64,000 nucleotides of DNA, taken from contig OZ024746.1 in the NCBI GenBank assembly GCA_964016885.1, positions 67,394,001 to 67,458,000 on the forward strand, read 5' to 3'. Shown one piece after another: positions 16,091 through 28,330 of this stretch. A program made the translations under genes and the position numbers. The notes below the pieces were generated by a model. It was not told where the DNA came from. It saw nothing but the letters and a program-made list of their open reading frames with translations, and ran no database searches. How positions within the stretch are numbered: the first letter of the stretch is position 1; each line of letters begins with the position of its first letter. Source of the stretch: Eledone cirrhosa (taxonomy: Eukaryota).

Positions 16091-18385
16091 ATATATATAT
16101 ATATAATACATTGCTTTCTAATAAGGCTAAAGGATACATTTTCTAGTAAAAGCTTACAGACAATTGAGTTTAATTGAAATACATTCCTTTCGCTTAGTTT
16201 ATGTGGTATGGATGCATGGGTGTAAAAGGTGCATTAAATCTCGACTGCATTTAATCCCGGATCTGAAATGATTCATTTGGCCGTAAAACCCTAAAAGGAT
16301 TCTTTGCCGTAATTATGTGGCTCTTTGCATTCTAAGATTTGGGTGTGAGACTTAATTTTCACCGTACGATTTAAAACGAGTTGCTGGTTGTTGGGACTGT
16401 TCAGCGGAATTCAGTCTGATGCAAGGATTCAGGCCAGAACACCAGTTTAAGTATAGTTTCTTCCCTTCTGCTGTTCCCTTTCTCTCTAATTTACCAACAT
16501 GACTGAACTAAGATCTTAAAACTACGAAATTTGTAGGGTTTGTGAAAATTAACACTGAGTAATTAAGGCATACCTTAACCTTTTTAAGCCACTCAGTGTC
16601 GTAGCACGATAATCCTATATCTCTAGTGCCATTTCAAGATCTTACAGCTATGGTTAGACTTTGAAGAGATCTAAAAGCCAAATCTGAAATTGTCCATGTA
16701 GCACTAAAGATCAGTAATCCATAATTAATTTCCATCGACTTCTATGATGAATTCTTCTCTCTAACACTTTTGTTACAATAATTAATAATATAGATCATGT
16801 TTCTGTTTATTACAAATATCTAATTCTATCTAAATAACATTCCTTGGCTCACTACGGTAGCGTTCTATTTACTATAGACTTAATATGTACATATTGATTT
16901 CGTAAATAAAACAAAAACTAAATTATGTTGGATGATGATCGATGTTTACGTATTCCTATTTAGTTATTCCAATAACATAGATATTAAAAAATGTGTTTTT
17001 TTTTCTTTTTCTATATAATCTAGATATATATGTATTTTTGCACTACTGACCAATATCTGAGCAGAAATTGTTAGATTAAAAGTACGTAGCATGCGGTAAA
17101 CAACAAAGATAGAAATTGTGTTTTGCTGTTCTTGTGCGTGTGCGTATGAGTGGGGAGGTGCATAATTCTTTAGCATCATAATTTACAACTAAGAGCATTT
17201 ATAATAAATTACTAAAGAAGCCCTGTTTATAAAAATAATACGTTGTTCGACGATAATAATATAGATTCATACATGCGAGCATACACGAATACATGTCATA
17301 ACTGTTGATCACATATTTCATGACCGTCAGACACGATGTGGCATAAGAAGAAATCAATGGATGGATATAATCGGCTTCCCAGTCCTATAAAATAAGCTCG
17401 ATCTCCCACCATTGTGTAGGCGCCACGGGCTTGAACCATACTAAAGTAATCACAGTAGGATCTTGTGATCTTTGTAATACTGAACCTAATTTTCTCTTCT
17501 AGTAGAGCTAAGTGACAGCTGGGAAACATTATCATTTCCTTAAGAGATTTCTCTACAACCAAATAGTTAAATACCCGTCACATGGTGATTAGATATCACC
17601 ATGCAACATATGCATTGCGATTTATATACAAACCTTCCTTCCGTATATATTTGTCTCAAAAAATTCAATGCAGCCATTACTTTAAAATGTTAGTAATAAT
17701 TTATCGTTAAACGAAAAAATCTAATAGATTTACTTATGAATTATAAATGCCATTTCCCATGCGAAGAATGGGATGGTTAAATATAATTTAATAATTCATA
17801 GGAATATGTTGAAAGTTTCATAATTGCTATATAAATTGCCTTAATATATTTTCTTTCCTTGGGTATTGCATTATAAATGTTTAATAGATTTCTGTATAAC
17901 ATGTATATTTTTATATTTTAATTCACTGTATATTAAATGCTGTTTTGCAGTCTTTTACAATAATGGGTATTAATATGTAAAATATTTTATTAATGAAAAT
18001 TTAATAACCATTTTATTACATAATGTCTGGAGAATTCAAGTTTCTAACAAGCGTCTAATACAGAGTTACTAACATGTGTTACCATATAGGACTATGAAAT
18101 TATATAATGTTGTAAAAAATAAATTTACTAAATAATTAATTGATCGATAAAAGTTATTCTTTTTTTTTTTAGTATTTTCAAATGTATTCCAAAGTAGAGC
18201 AATAGTAATTACTCTGGCTACATCCACAACAGAAAACTATTCTATAAAGTGCCCTGAAAAACGTTCTGAAAAGAATCTAGGAGTTTCACTTCAATCGTAA
18301 TTATAAATTCTATTTGAAATTAATGTTGAAATGTCTTCTGCATATAGATAAACATGAATTCCAGTAAAGCATACGTCTTTTCTTT

Positions 18386-18462
<77 letters not shown>

Positions 18463-18477
18463 ATATATATATATATA

Positions 18478-19440
18478 TGAGAAAGTATGACCCCGACGGC
18501 AGAGGTCAAGCCGTTTCGACGGCTATTTCTGGACTAAATTAAGAGTTTTTAGTCTGGTAAATAAATAGCCGACCTTTTCAAGGGGTACTTCCTTATATGG
18601 GAAAATTGTAGTTGTCAAGAGGATTGGTCAACATTTGCAGCAGACACAGAAAAGTCTATCATGGCAGTGTGGGTGGGTGTGGGAGTGGATGAACTTTGCT
18701 GTAGAACGATAAGGGATTGGGTAGAGCCGGTCAAGCGGCAAATTCTAAGGAATCTGTGTGAAAGTAGCTCCGAGGAGGTAGGCGAAAAAAGGTTTCTTGA
18801 GAATATGGAGGAGGGACGTTATAGAATTGGTAAATCAAATGAGATTAGGAGACAATGAGAGAATATAATAAAAAAGAAATATAATAAAAAATGAGAGAAA
18901 TATATATCAGAATGTAAGATTGAGAGTGAGAAGTGAAATAAAACAAAAACTAAGGAGTCTAACACAGCTGCTATATTTAGTTCGTGTTGCTTTTTCGGTC
19001 ACATGCTATAGAATGAGTTGCTAGATGAGAATTATTGAAATATTAGAATTGGGTATTAAAAATAAATACAACAACTCTGGGGTCTAACACAGCTGCTATG
19101 AATATTTAGTAATGCGTAATCGGCCAATGCTATCTATAAGTTACTGGGGTGGGGGTACTGAGGCTAAGGAGGCCCGATGGGCTGCCTCGAGGCAGCCGAA
19201 AGGGCAAAAAAACAAAAGCGAGCGAGGAAGAAAATCGTTGGTGGAAATAAGTGATAGGAGTGAAAGTTCGACTATTTATTTACCAGATAAAAACTCTTAA
19301 TTTGGTCCAGAAACAGCCGTCGAAACGGCTTGAGCTCTGCCATCGGGGTCATACTTTCTCCTATTACCCACTCTACTAGCCTAAGTATTGAGTACTCTGG
19401 TGCGTTATGGTCCATCTGGTTCCTTACCACAACTCATTCG

Positions 19441-19443
<3 letters not shown>
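18478..19443. mobile_element. Longest family H2 element; arms 18480-18580 and 19262-19360, ~680-bp spacer, tail to 19443
   Basis: Minus arm reads acccc-TTGAAAA-ggtcggctattt...aaatagccgtc-GAAA-cggc...gccg-TC-ggggt (decayed HHR core); TA flanks. Confidence 0.7.
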
Positions 19444-19483
<40 letters not shown>

Positions 19484-19489
<6 letters not shown>

Positions 19490-19741
19490 AAGAATATTTT
19501 CGAAACTGCGAGCGAGTTTGAAATTATAAATGTAAGCTATCGCCGTATTTTGACTAAAGAAATTAAAGAAAAAGATGAGTATTGACGTACATGGTCTGGA
19601 TAACCAAAGATGTGGGTTCGTCTCCCATGTACGTCAATACTCATCTTTTTCCATTTCTCCGAGGGTTCTTAAGCCCACTATCAGGCTAAATAATTTTCTT
19701 TAAAATCGTTAGTCCAAATACGTCGATAGCTTACATTTATA
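19484..19741. mobile_element. TA-inserted inverted element with a tRNA-like 3' half (family T)
   Basis: Inverted repeats 19525-19557/19709-19741 and 19569-19594/19625-19650; CCAAAGATGTGGGTTCGTCTCCCATGTACGTCA shared with 40710-40745. Confidence 0.65.
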
Positions 19742-19756
19742 TATATATATATATAT

Positions 19757-19962
19757 CGATCGACTTTCGTCAAATCGGACCGAGTAAACAATGATTTCGT
19801 CGGTCTTTCCAGTTGCAAATACTATCTATCGGTCGCAACTCCAGGTAGAAGGAGCAACATGAAATAAAGTGCTTTGCTCAAGGACATAACGCATCGCCCG
19901 GTCAAGGAATCGAACACACAACTTCAAGATTGTGAATCCAATTCTCTAACCACTCAGCCACA
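19757..19962 (-). mobile_element. CORE-type SINE family B
   Basis: Reverse complement of 2388-2606. Confidence 0.85.
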
Positions 19963-20826
19963 TATATTGACATTTCACAGGGCAAAATTCATATATATAA
20001 TCACCAGACTATATATGATGGAATACATGAGTTTTTGCAATATTAAATGGCAACGATTAGAAAATAAAATAAATGAGAAACAATGCGAATATTATTTTTC
20101 TGCAATAATATACAAAAACTTAAATACTGAGAGAAAACAAATTCTGTCGTCAAATTCATGTCTTTCCCCAAGGGCATTATGAAAATCATCTGGTATTGAA
20201 CGGGACTTGAAATTTGATGTGCGGTTATACCAGGTAGAAACTCGTTTCTTACTAGGTCATGATCCAAAACAAAGAAAATATCATTAATAGAAAATGCCCT
20301 ATAGGACAAGGTATATAACAGGTCACTTAATGATCTCATGTATTCTTTGTAATCGAGACGCTAAGATATTTTCTAGAATTCTCTATTCAGCTTTAAATGT
20401 ATTTGAAATATTTATGTTTTAAAGAAAATCGAAATATGTTTTAGTTATTGATTAAATAAGGAAGATTTCATTTTTATTATTTTAATTGGACTATAAATAT
20501 TCAATATTTTTATATTCACTAGCAAATGCAATGATGTTTTATTGCAGATTGAAATAGATTCAGTAGAAGCGAAGGAGATGGAATATGTGTTATTTAATAT
20601 CAAATATAAAGGAATATATATAAATCTGAAATAAAATTAGTCATGAAAAATTAGTCTACGGGAAGTTCACTTTCCATGATAAACTTTCGTAAAGGTCACA
20701 CTAATGCGATATAATATGGATACACATACTTAGCATGACTACTTAATATGCACGTTGCTATATATATATATATGAGAGACGTAAAATAAGGAAATTATAA
20801 AAATTAACTTACTTACTAAAATTTCA

Positions 20827-20900
20827 CTCCAACTAATTAGTTTCTGAAATGGAATAAACATAGTTTCCGAAGAAACGTACGGAGAAGCCTTTCGTCATCA
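20827..20900 (-). ncRNA. Truncated hammerhead-like motif (family H5) abutting (TA)n
   Basis: (TA)n-TGATGA-cgaaagg...ccatttca-GAAA-CTAATTAG-TT-ggag; C3 and the 5' strand of stem I are lost. Confidence 0.5.
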
Positions 20901-21209
20901 TATATATATATATTTAAAATAAGAAAAGAAAGACTTTACTTGTAGTTCTAAATAATTTGATTTAATTTTATAATATTATGATTTGGTAGATCTAGTAAAT
21001 TTTGTGTTAACTTCGGTGGGAAGATTTTTTTAAATTCTTGGTTAACTTTCCTGGAGAACTTTCTGACATTCATCGGTGGCGATTGTCAAACTGAGATCAG
21101 GTTGTGTTGTGATGTGTGATATAAGAGAGATTTGGGTGTGTCTGCGGGGGTGGGGTGGGGGGAGTAAAGGAGACTCGATGAAGATTTAAAGGAATTAAGT
21201 ACTTATATA

Positions 21210-21241
<32 letters not shown>

Positions 21242-21284
21242 CGATATTAAATAAATGGAAAATTATATTTATAAAACCATATTT

Positions 21285-21348
21285 ATTTCATTATATATAT
21301 TTCAGGGATATCATATTAAAAATATGTTATGCCTTCTTCAGACAAAAT
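21285..21348 (-). ncRNA. Type I hammerhead ribozyme (H1, left arm)
   Basis: Mirror of 21475-21538. Confidence 0.8.
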
Positions 21349-21474
21349 ACAATATAGACAGTCTTATAAATAAATAGATTCGACATACCTTTCAACATCG
21401 ACTTGCATTTGAAAATGCAAGTCGATGTTGAAAGGTATGTCGAATCTATTTATTTATAAGACTGTCTATATTGT

Positions 21475-21538
21475 ATTTTGTCTGAAGAAGGCATAACATA
21501 TTTTTAATATGATATCCCTGAAATATATATAATGAAAT
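21475..21538 (+). ncRNA. Type I hammerhead ribozyme (H1, right arm)
   Basis: attttgt-CTGAAGA-aggcataacatatt ttt aatatgatatccct-GAAA-tatata-TA-atgaaat, followed by AATAAA. Confidence 0.8.
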
Positions 21539-21689
21539 AAATATGGTTTTATAAATATAATTTCCATTTATTTAATATCGTAAATATACTCCAAATACTT
21601 GTTGAGTGCTTTTATATCAGTTATAAATATTTACTCGTTGTAACCCAACAATTTAAATATAACTTTCCATATATATATATATATATTTA

Positions 21690-21935
21690 TACAGCAAAAA
21701 TTGAATGGTAACAGCAAGATAATTGATTGGGAGTGGTGTTGGGTTGTTTAAGGAGTGTTTAAGAAAGGGTTTGTAAACGGGCCCTCCTGCTGGTTCTATT
21801 TCAATAAATGACCATTGATGAATATAATGGCAGGCTGTTTTTCAAATTCCTTTCTTATAGCTGAATCAACTATCTTAAATTTATAAACAATACCTTCAAC
21901 AATTTTCTATATTAGAGATGAATGTCCACTCACAA
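21690..21935 (-). pseudogene. Possible PLE GIY-YIG C-terminal remnant
   Basis: Translates to VVSGH...YKFKIVDSAIRKEFEK, only loosely like PLE endonuclease C-termini; 3' side abuts TA. Confidence 0.3.
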
Positions 21936-21938
21936 CTT

Positions 21939-22358
21939 GAGAAGTTGAAGCAGGAAGCTGACCCTCGTCATCCACTCCACGGCTGTGAACCAATGGCAAA
22001 GAGGCTCAATTCAAGACAAAGCTTTCTACACTCAGTCGAAACCACTGAACAACAGACCTTCTAGACAGCGCCTGACCCTGTGGCGTAGCCACCTTAACAA
22101 CATGGAATACAGGCTCTCTCACTCAGCCCTACAGAATCCCTCTCCCCTCGTTCCAGTGATGCCTCGCCCTTCTGGTCCTTCCTGAAAATCACCTCCGAAC
22201 AGCTGTTGGTCGCTATAGAGCCAACCTTCAGAAATGTGGATATGCCACCGATGATTATCCCAGCTGCAAATGCAGGCAATTACAAACTATGTGACACTTT
22301 CTACTTCGGCCCAATCTTGAAGAGTCATGCACAACTAACGACCTTGAGACCTTAACAC
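21939..22358 (+). pseudogene. Vingi/Ingi-like LINE ORF C-terminal fragment
   Basis: EKLKQEADPRHPLHG...RLNSRQSF...R.TLW...HLRTAVGR...KCG...CKC..QTM*H (CCHC-type C-terminus); frameshifted. Confidence 0.65.
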
Positions 22359-22383
22359 ATATATATATACATACATATATACA

Positions 22384-22793
22384 TGGTGGCTGCCAATTCG
22401 TTTTCGAGTACGGCCACTACTTTATATCCATGTAAGAGAACCCCTACCGATGCGCTGAACGAGTGTGACTTTTTAGTCCAGCCAGCGACTTGAAAATTCT
22501 GGTACAAACATTACACTTGTGACAATTATTGACACATAGTGCTGGGCCCATGGTACCGTGTGATGACAAGTGCAGAGAGATCTCCAGATATAAAGCAATG
22601 CTGTGCCGTGAAGCTTTTATAGTGAGCAAAGGCACTGCACAAAGCCAGTCCCACTCTCTTAACCAAGATGATATTTACCAAAAAGAAGAACAAGTCAACA
22701 TCATTGGATACCATCAGAGTTGGAGGTGTTATATCAGAGTTTTCCTTCTCCTAGAATTCTGCCTTGACAAAGGCTAACGGGTCATCTCTCCCG
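22384..22793 (-). mobile_element. Non-autonomous RTE-derived element, 5'-truncated
   Basis: Highly similar to 35766-36177; encodes CNVCTRIFKSLAGLKSHTRSAH C2H2 terminus; GGAAAACTCTGA 5'UTR-like motif. Confidence 0.7.
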
Positions 22794-22814
22794 TATCTCA
22801 TACATACATACATA

Positions 22815-23283
22815 ATGGCTGCAAACTCTGCTAAGAATATTGTAATCGCTGGTCATATTACAGAAAATATTGCACTTTTAGGCTACGGTCAGCCACACGA
22901 ACCTGTAAAAGATCCTGAACAAGTAATGCCTGTGCTTTGAAGGTTTTTTAAGTGGAGAAAGGCCTATCAGTCGACTAATTCCACTCTCTGAGCATCGAAA
23001 ACACTATCCAAAAAGGAGAACTGATCAACATCATCGGATGCTTCCGAAGCTACAAGTTTATTTTCCAGAGTTTCCCCCTCCTAGAAAGGTGTTGTGACAA
23101 CAACTGTGGGTATTTCCCACCCAGGCGGAAAAAAGTACTATTCGAATAGCCGTTGGCTCTGCTGAGTTCCCCTGCCCTTGGCCGGGTCTTATATTTCATC
23201 ACCCAGGGTGTCCAAATATCACCCTCCTCACCAAGCAAGTTTGGTGGAGTTGCCGGTTTAGTCGCCGACGACCCGATCATGAC
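22815..23283 (-). mobile_element. RTE-like 5' region, second subfamily
   Basis: GGCGACTAAAC...CTTGGTGAGGAGGGTGA shared with 35637-35684. Confidence 0.55.
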
Positions 23284-23949
23284 ATACATACATGCCTACA
23301 TAAATACATACATGCATACATAGCACTCAATACATGCATACAGAGCACTCAACAAATACTTGATGAAAGAGAAAATTATGTACAAAGAGAGGAGGAGAAA
23401 AATAAGTATAATATAATATATGATCCTCACCTCTGCGTCGGAAAGACGGGGACGGAAGAGGATAATGATAATTGTGATTTTCAAATGATTAATCAATGAT
23501 TCATACAATATATTTAAGCATACAAAATGATTGAGAGAATGGAAAAAAATATATGAATCATTAGATAGTTTTCTTTTTCTTTTTATTTTATTTATCATTA
23601 TTTGAATTGTTTGGTTTTAGTTTTATTTAATTATTTGTGTTTGCTTTCAAATCGTTAACGGATTTTAATTTTAATTTGAAATGTAATTAAAAAATTACAC
23701 CATAAATATATAGAAAAGTTGGAATATATTTTTTTCTATAACTTTCAAAATTTCATAGTAAAATGAAGAGAAAAACTTTAAAATATATATATAAAATTAT
23801 AAGAATTCAATTCGTTTCTTGTTGAATATTTTTTATAACAAAATACCATTTATTAATGAAGAGCAGTTGAAACTTTAACGGAAAATAAAAACACGATGTA
23901 CTGATATTGCTTGTTGCGTTACAGATATCATTTATATATATATATATAT

Positions 23950-24130
23950 AGTTGTTGATTGTCAAAGATTTTTCGTCACACATTCTGTGACCTTCTCTGT
24001 GACTACCTCTGTTGTTATTGTGTCTCTCCTTTGTTCTGTCCTACACTATCTTGTGGCGGGATGAAAGGACTTTAAGAATCAACAACTAAACTAACCGACT
24101 GGATTGTATAATAAATTGAACTGAAATCCA
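23950..24130. repeat. Interspersed repeat related to 58785-58895, with a short inverted repeat
   Basis: TTTCGTCACACAT(T/C)CTGTGA shared; AGTTGTTGATT / AATCAACAACT. Confidence 0.45.
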
Positions 24131-24243
24131 ATAATGTGTGTGTGTTTTTATTGGCAGCTGGGCCATCTCGACGTATAACAATATGCTTCAAGACACGTTT
24201 TATGTATTGTGTGCACTTGTGTGTTTGTATTTATGTCTATGTG

Positions 24244-24324
<81 letters not shown>

Positions 24325-24759
24325 TAATTTGAAAACACATCTTAATCAATAGACAGTATACATCACGCGAACGACAAATTCATATTTAGGAAACGCGACT
24401 GAAACATTAACCTCCGCCTGAAAACGAAGGAATCACTGATGACAAATTTGTTAACTTCGTGACTAAACCTTTTGCATCGCTCAAACAAGCTCTACACTTT
24501 CCCGTCCTTTATTCATGCGCTTACATGAAGAGGTCAACACATCACATTTCTTCACATTATATGCAACGCTCGGGCCACACTAGTTGATAGCACTATAACT
24601 CTCTAAGTAATTCCACCCAAATATTTGCAAACAGCTAATATCAGAATATAAACCAAACATTAAGACGAAGAATACGTAGAACCAATTATAGTAACTTCTA
24701 TGTTTCGACCGATGACGGATTTCAAATCACACGTCCATAATGTTCTACCAAGCCCATCA

Positions 24760-25175
24760 TCATTTACGTGACCAATATAACATGTTTGAAAGACAAGCTA
24801 CTTCCTACTTACACACAATTGTTTAAACCTGCTCGTGAGGAATATTTATCACCAGTAACAACCATTTCCGGGAACAAAAGTTTCGTACAATTCTATTTTC
24901 TAAGATGCTCGTTGTACCTCGCCCTTTATATTGGTCAGAGGGGACAGAGGTTGGGAAATGGCTTCACCGATCACTTCCTTACCATTTGTTTGACAGACGA
25001 CTTCTTCGTTTCCCGTCACTTTCGGCTCCGGATATTCTACCAAAAATTTAAACATTTTCGAATACTGTCTTCACAAGAGGTGTAACGAATCTTGACTAAG
25101 CTGTGAAAAATAGATCATTTCTTCGGTTACATAACACCTACCCAGCAGCATTGAATTCGCACGCATGTATTCATT
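24760..25175 (+). pseudogene. Penelope-like (Neptune-type) GIY-YIG endonuclease remnant
   Basis: LKDKLL...RCSLYLALYIGQRGQRLGNGFTDHF...VSRHF matches the PLE pattern C..C..LYIGQT.R.L..RF.EH...VS.HF. Confidence 0.65.
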
Positions 25176-26535
25176 TAGCAGCACCTTTACACACTACTTA
25201 TCTTATAAACATATCTCCATTTTCTCTAGCTCTCCTGTCACATTAGCCATATCTTATATATATGTGTGTGAGTGTGTGTGTGTGTGTGAATCTGAAGTCC
25301 TTGCAGGTCGCTACACAGCTTCAAATGAAGGAACATATACAGATATAGTATAATACATGTATTGGCGACTTTTCCTTTCTCCTTGGTCTCTACATATTTT
25401 ACGCCCAGGCCTTCTGACAAGGCTATTTTTCGATAAAGGGATTGGGAATTAAGTGTAGCCGTTTAGAATGACATGATTTACAAACCGCTATAAATGTTAT
25501 TGATCGCTGAAATGTGAAAGATAAATTTGCCCACGTTACCTCAGAAATTATAGCCAAAGTTTAAGAATGTTATTAAATTGCTCATGGCATTTTGTCCTAT
25601 GTTGTTCAGCTTCTGCAATTGATCGCATTGAAATTGTGAAGATGTGAAAAATTTGAAAAGAAAAGTTTTTCAGATCTAAATTTGAATTTCTCTTATTTTG
25701 ACATGTTAATTTAATTCAAGAGCCTAAAACAGAAAAGAAAAGTTCTCACCGTCTATAGCGTATGTATATGCGTCTCTGCGTTTGTGTGTCTTTGTATGGT
25801 TGTATGTTTGTGTTTATGCGTGCTATTATTTTTCAAAGATTTGCGTGTTCTTGTTTACTTGAGCATGTTCAACACTACTGATTGGGGGCTATGCTATATA
25901 ACTGCTGAATAGTAGAGACCGACGTCTCTATTTCTTTTTATTGGGGTAAATTTTGTAATTAAACAATCAGGTTAAATATATTTAGAATAAAAGAGACCAA
26001 ATTATTTAAAATATAAAAGATCAGGGTTTTTTATGTACTGAATATTGTTGATATTGTCATTGTTGTCATTATTTAATCTTGTTTTCAGTTCGTTAGATTT
26101 TCTACTTTTGTTATTATTGTTGTTGATAATATTTTCCTAATGTAATTTGCAATTATTTTGAAACTAGTTTTTAAATTGATCGGATCCAATGATATTAACC
26201 TAAATTGATATTGTTGTCGTTATTGATGGTGGTGGAGATGATGGTGGTGAGAATGATGGTGGTGAAGTTGATGGTTGTAATGGTGCTGATGTGTTACTAC
26301 CATTCGTGTTAATGACTCAGTATGTTGAATGAGGTAGTCGCAGCGTTACCTGCACTGAATTACATATGCGGTTTTCGCGGACATTTACATACACTCACAT
26401 ATTATGTGCTTAGCAACTTCAAGTCAAAATATGTAAATATACATACACAAAATACACACAAGCGCGAACACATGCTCAAAGTTTCAAACAAGAGTGTGCT
26501 TTACTTCTATATATCAAAAATTATATATAACCAAA

Positions 26536-26726
26536 GGGCGGTGGATTGGCAGTATCGGTAGAGGGTCGGACGCCATTCTTTCTAGCATAGTTACGACCTT
26601 TTACAGTCTGAGTTCAAATCCCGCCGAGGTTAACTTTGCCTTTCATCCTTACGGGGTCGATAAAATAGAGTACCAGTAATGTACTGGGTAATTGCTGGCC
26701 TTGTGCCTAAAGTAGAAACAATTATT
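26536..26726 (+). mobile_element. SINE family A, short variant
   Basis: Near-consensus copy; TAACCA on both flanks. Confidence 0.9.
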
Positions 26727-27394
26727 TCTAACCATTAGCAGATTATGGTCTAAAACAAATAAAATCACATAATTTCACTTTGTCTTAGGTAAATTGTTTA
26801 AAAGACGTCTGTCAATCTCTAATTCGTTGAGAAATGCTTGTTCACCCAAGATCACCGAATCTATACATTTTAGAAGATGTTTAGCTGTTAGTTTTTATTA
26901 TTCAGGCATATGTATATACAAATTTCTAAATGTGATATGCACGTGCACGCGCGCGAATATATACACGTACTTCGTGCTCGTATCTAGTGATTTCAATAGT
27001 TCCCAGAAGAGGGGGAGCTGAATACATCTAATAGACCAGATTTAAATAAGTTGGTTTACGCATTTTCATAAAAATACGATCATTGAGAAAAGAGAGAGTT
27101 CACAAAGCCTCTTTGGAGAACCTCTTCGTGGGCTTAGCAAATAATTATTCTCTGAAACTTCAGGTGTAATTTGTAAGAGAACAATATGTTATCTATGAAT
27201 ATTGCAATGGTTTCCATCATTAAACATTGACGCAGCTGGCGCAACACCGTAATTTGAGTGAAGTAAATATTTTTACTAATATTTTCTTTTCGGCATATGT
27301 TTTTATCGAACCAGTAATAAATGTAAAATAACCAGATGTGCAAAGGTACACACAGACAGAGACAAACATGTATATCGACACACACACCACACAT

Positions 27395-27462
<68 letters not shown>

Positions 27463-27701
27463 TTAATAACGGTCTGGTTGAGTGCTTAATTCAGTTTGTG
27501 TATGGAATTTTTTACATTGCCCATAATTTTTGAATTGACTGCCAGAAACCGGAGTTACCTCCCTTTGGAGTAACATATGCATATTTGTATGAGTGTATGT
27601 ATACGTATATGTATGGAATTAGATACATGTATTTGAATATATATATTTGATATACATATGTGTGTGTGTGTGTGTGTGTGTGCGTGTGCGTGTGTGTGTG
27701 T

Positions 27702-27753
<52 letters not shown>

Positions 27754-28227
27754 GCGTGTGCGTGTGTGTGTGTGCGTGTGTGTACGTATGTGTATGTGTA
27801 TATATAAATATATGCATAAATATATATGTGTGTCTGTAAACATCATTATGTGTCTGTATAGCTGTCTGAATCTATCTAAAAGTTCAAAGAGTTATAACTT
27901 TAGAAAAAATAACGTCAATTTATATCAGGTTTAATGAAGCCTAAATCATGACTTGACATTTTCGTTTTTCTTCTACAGGTGATCCAGTAAAACGGATGCA
28001 CTTCTAGCTTAAACTTCAAAGAAAATGACAATATCTTAAAGATAACCAGCATGTCATAATAGACATACCATTACAAAATAAAAAGTAACAAGCGAAAATG
28101 TGAAAGGACAAAGGAAACGCAGAAGCCAGAACTCAAAAGATCAAGGAATATGAAGAGAAATGGAAACAGCATTGAAATCAATAAAACTGTCAGTGAGCCA
28201 TTATTATCATTATTTCTACGACCTTGC

Positions 28228-28229
28228 AT

Positions 28230-28291
<62 letters not shown>

Positions 28292-28330
28292 GTACTACTA
28301 CTACCACCACCACCACTGCTACTACTACTT
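28228..28330. repeat. (TAC)n microsatellite
   Basis: Directly visible. Confidence 0.95.

Larger units (their letters stand above)
21240..21670. mobile_element. Family H1 near-perfect fold-back palindrome plus tail
   Basis: Arms 21240-21410 and 21413-21582, 2-nt loop, one indel; tail 21583-21670; TA on both sides. Confidence 0.85.

Noticed and set aside
17296-17562. 88-aa non-repetitive ORF
   Set aside because: No recognisable homology; a host exon cannot be excluded without RNA data.
21035-21080. Minus-strand CCGATGA...GAAA-GTTAAC motif
   Set aside because: Stems I and II and the cleavage triplet do not fit; possibly a very decayed HHR.
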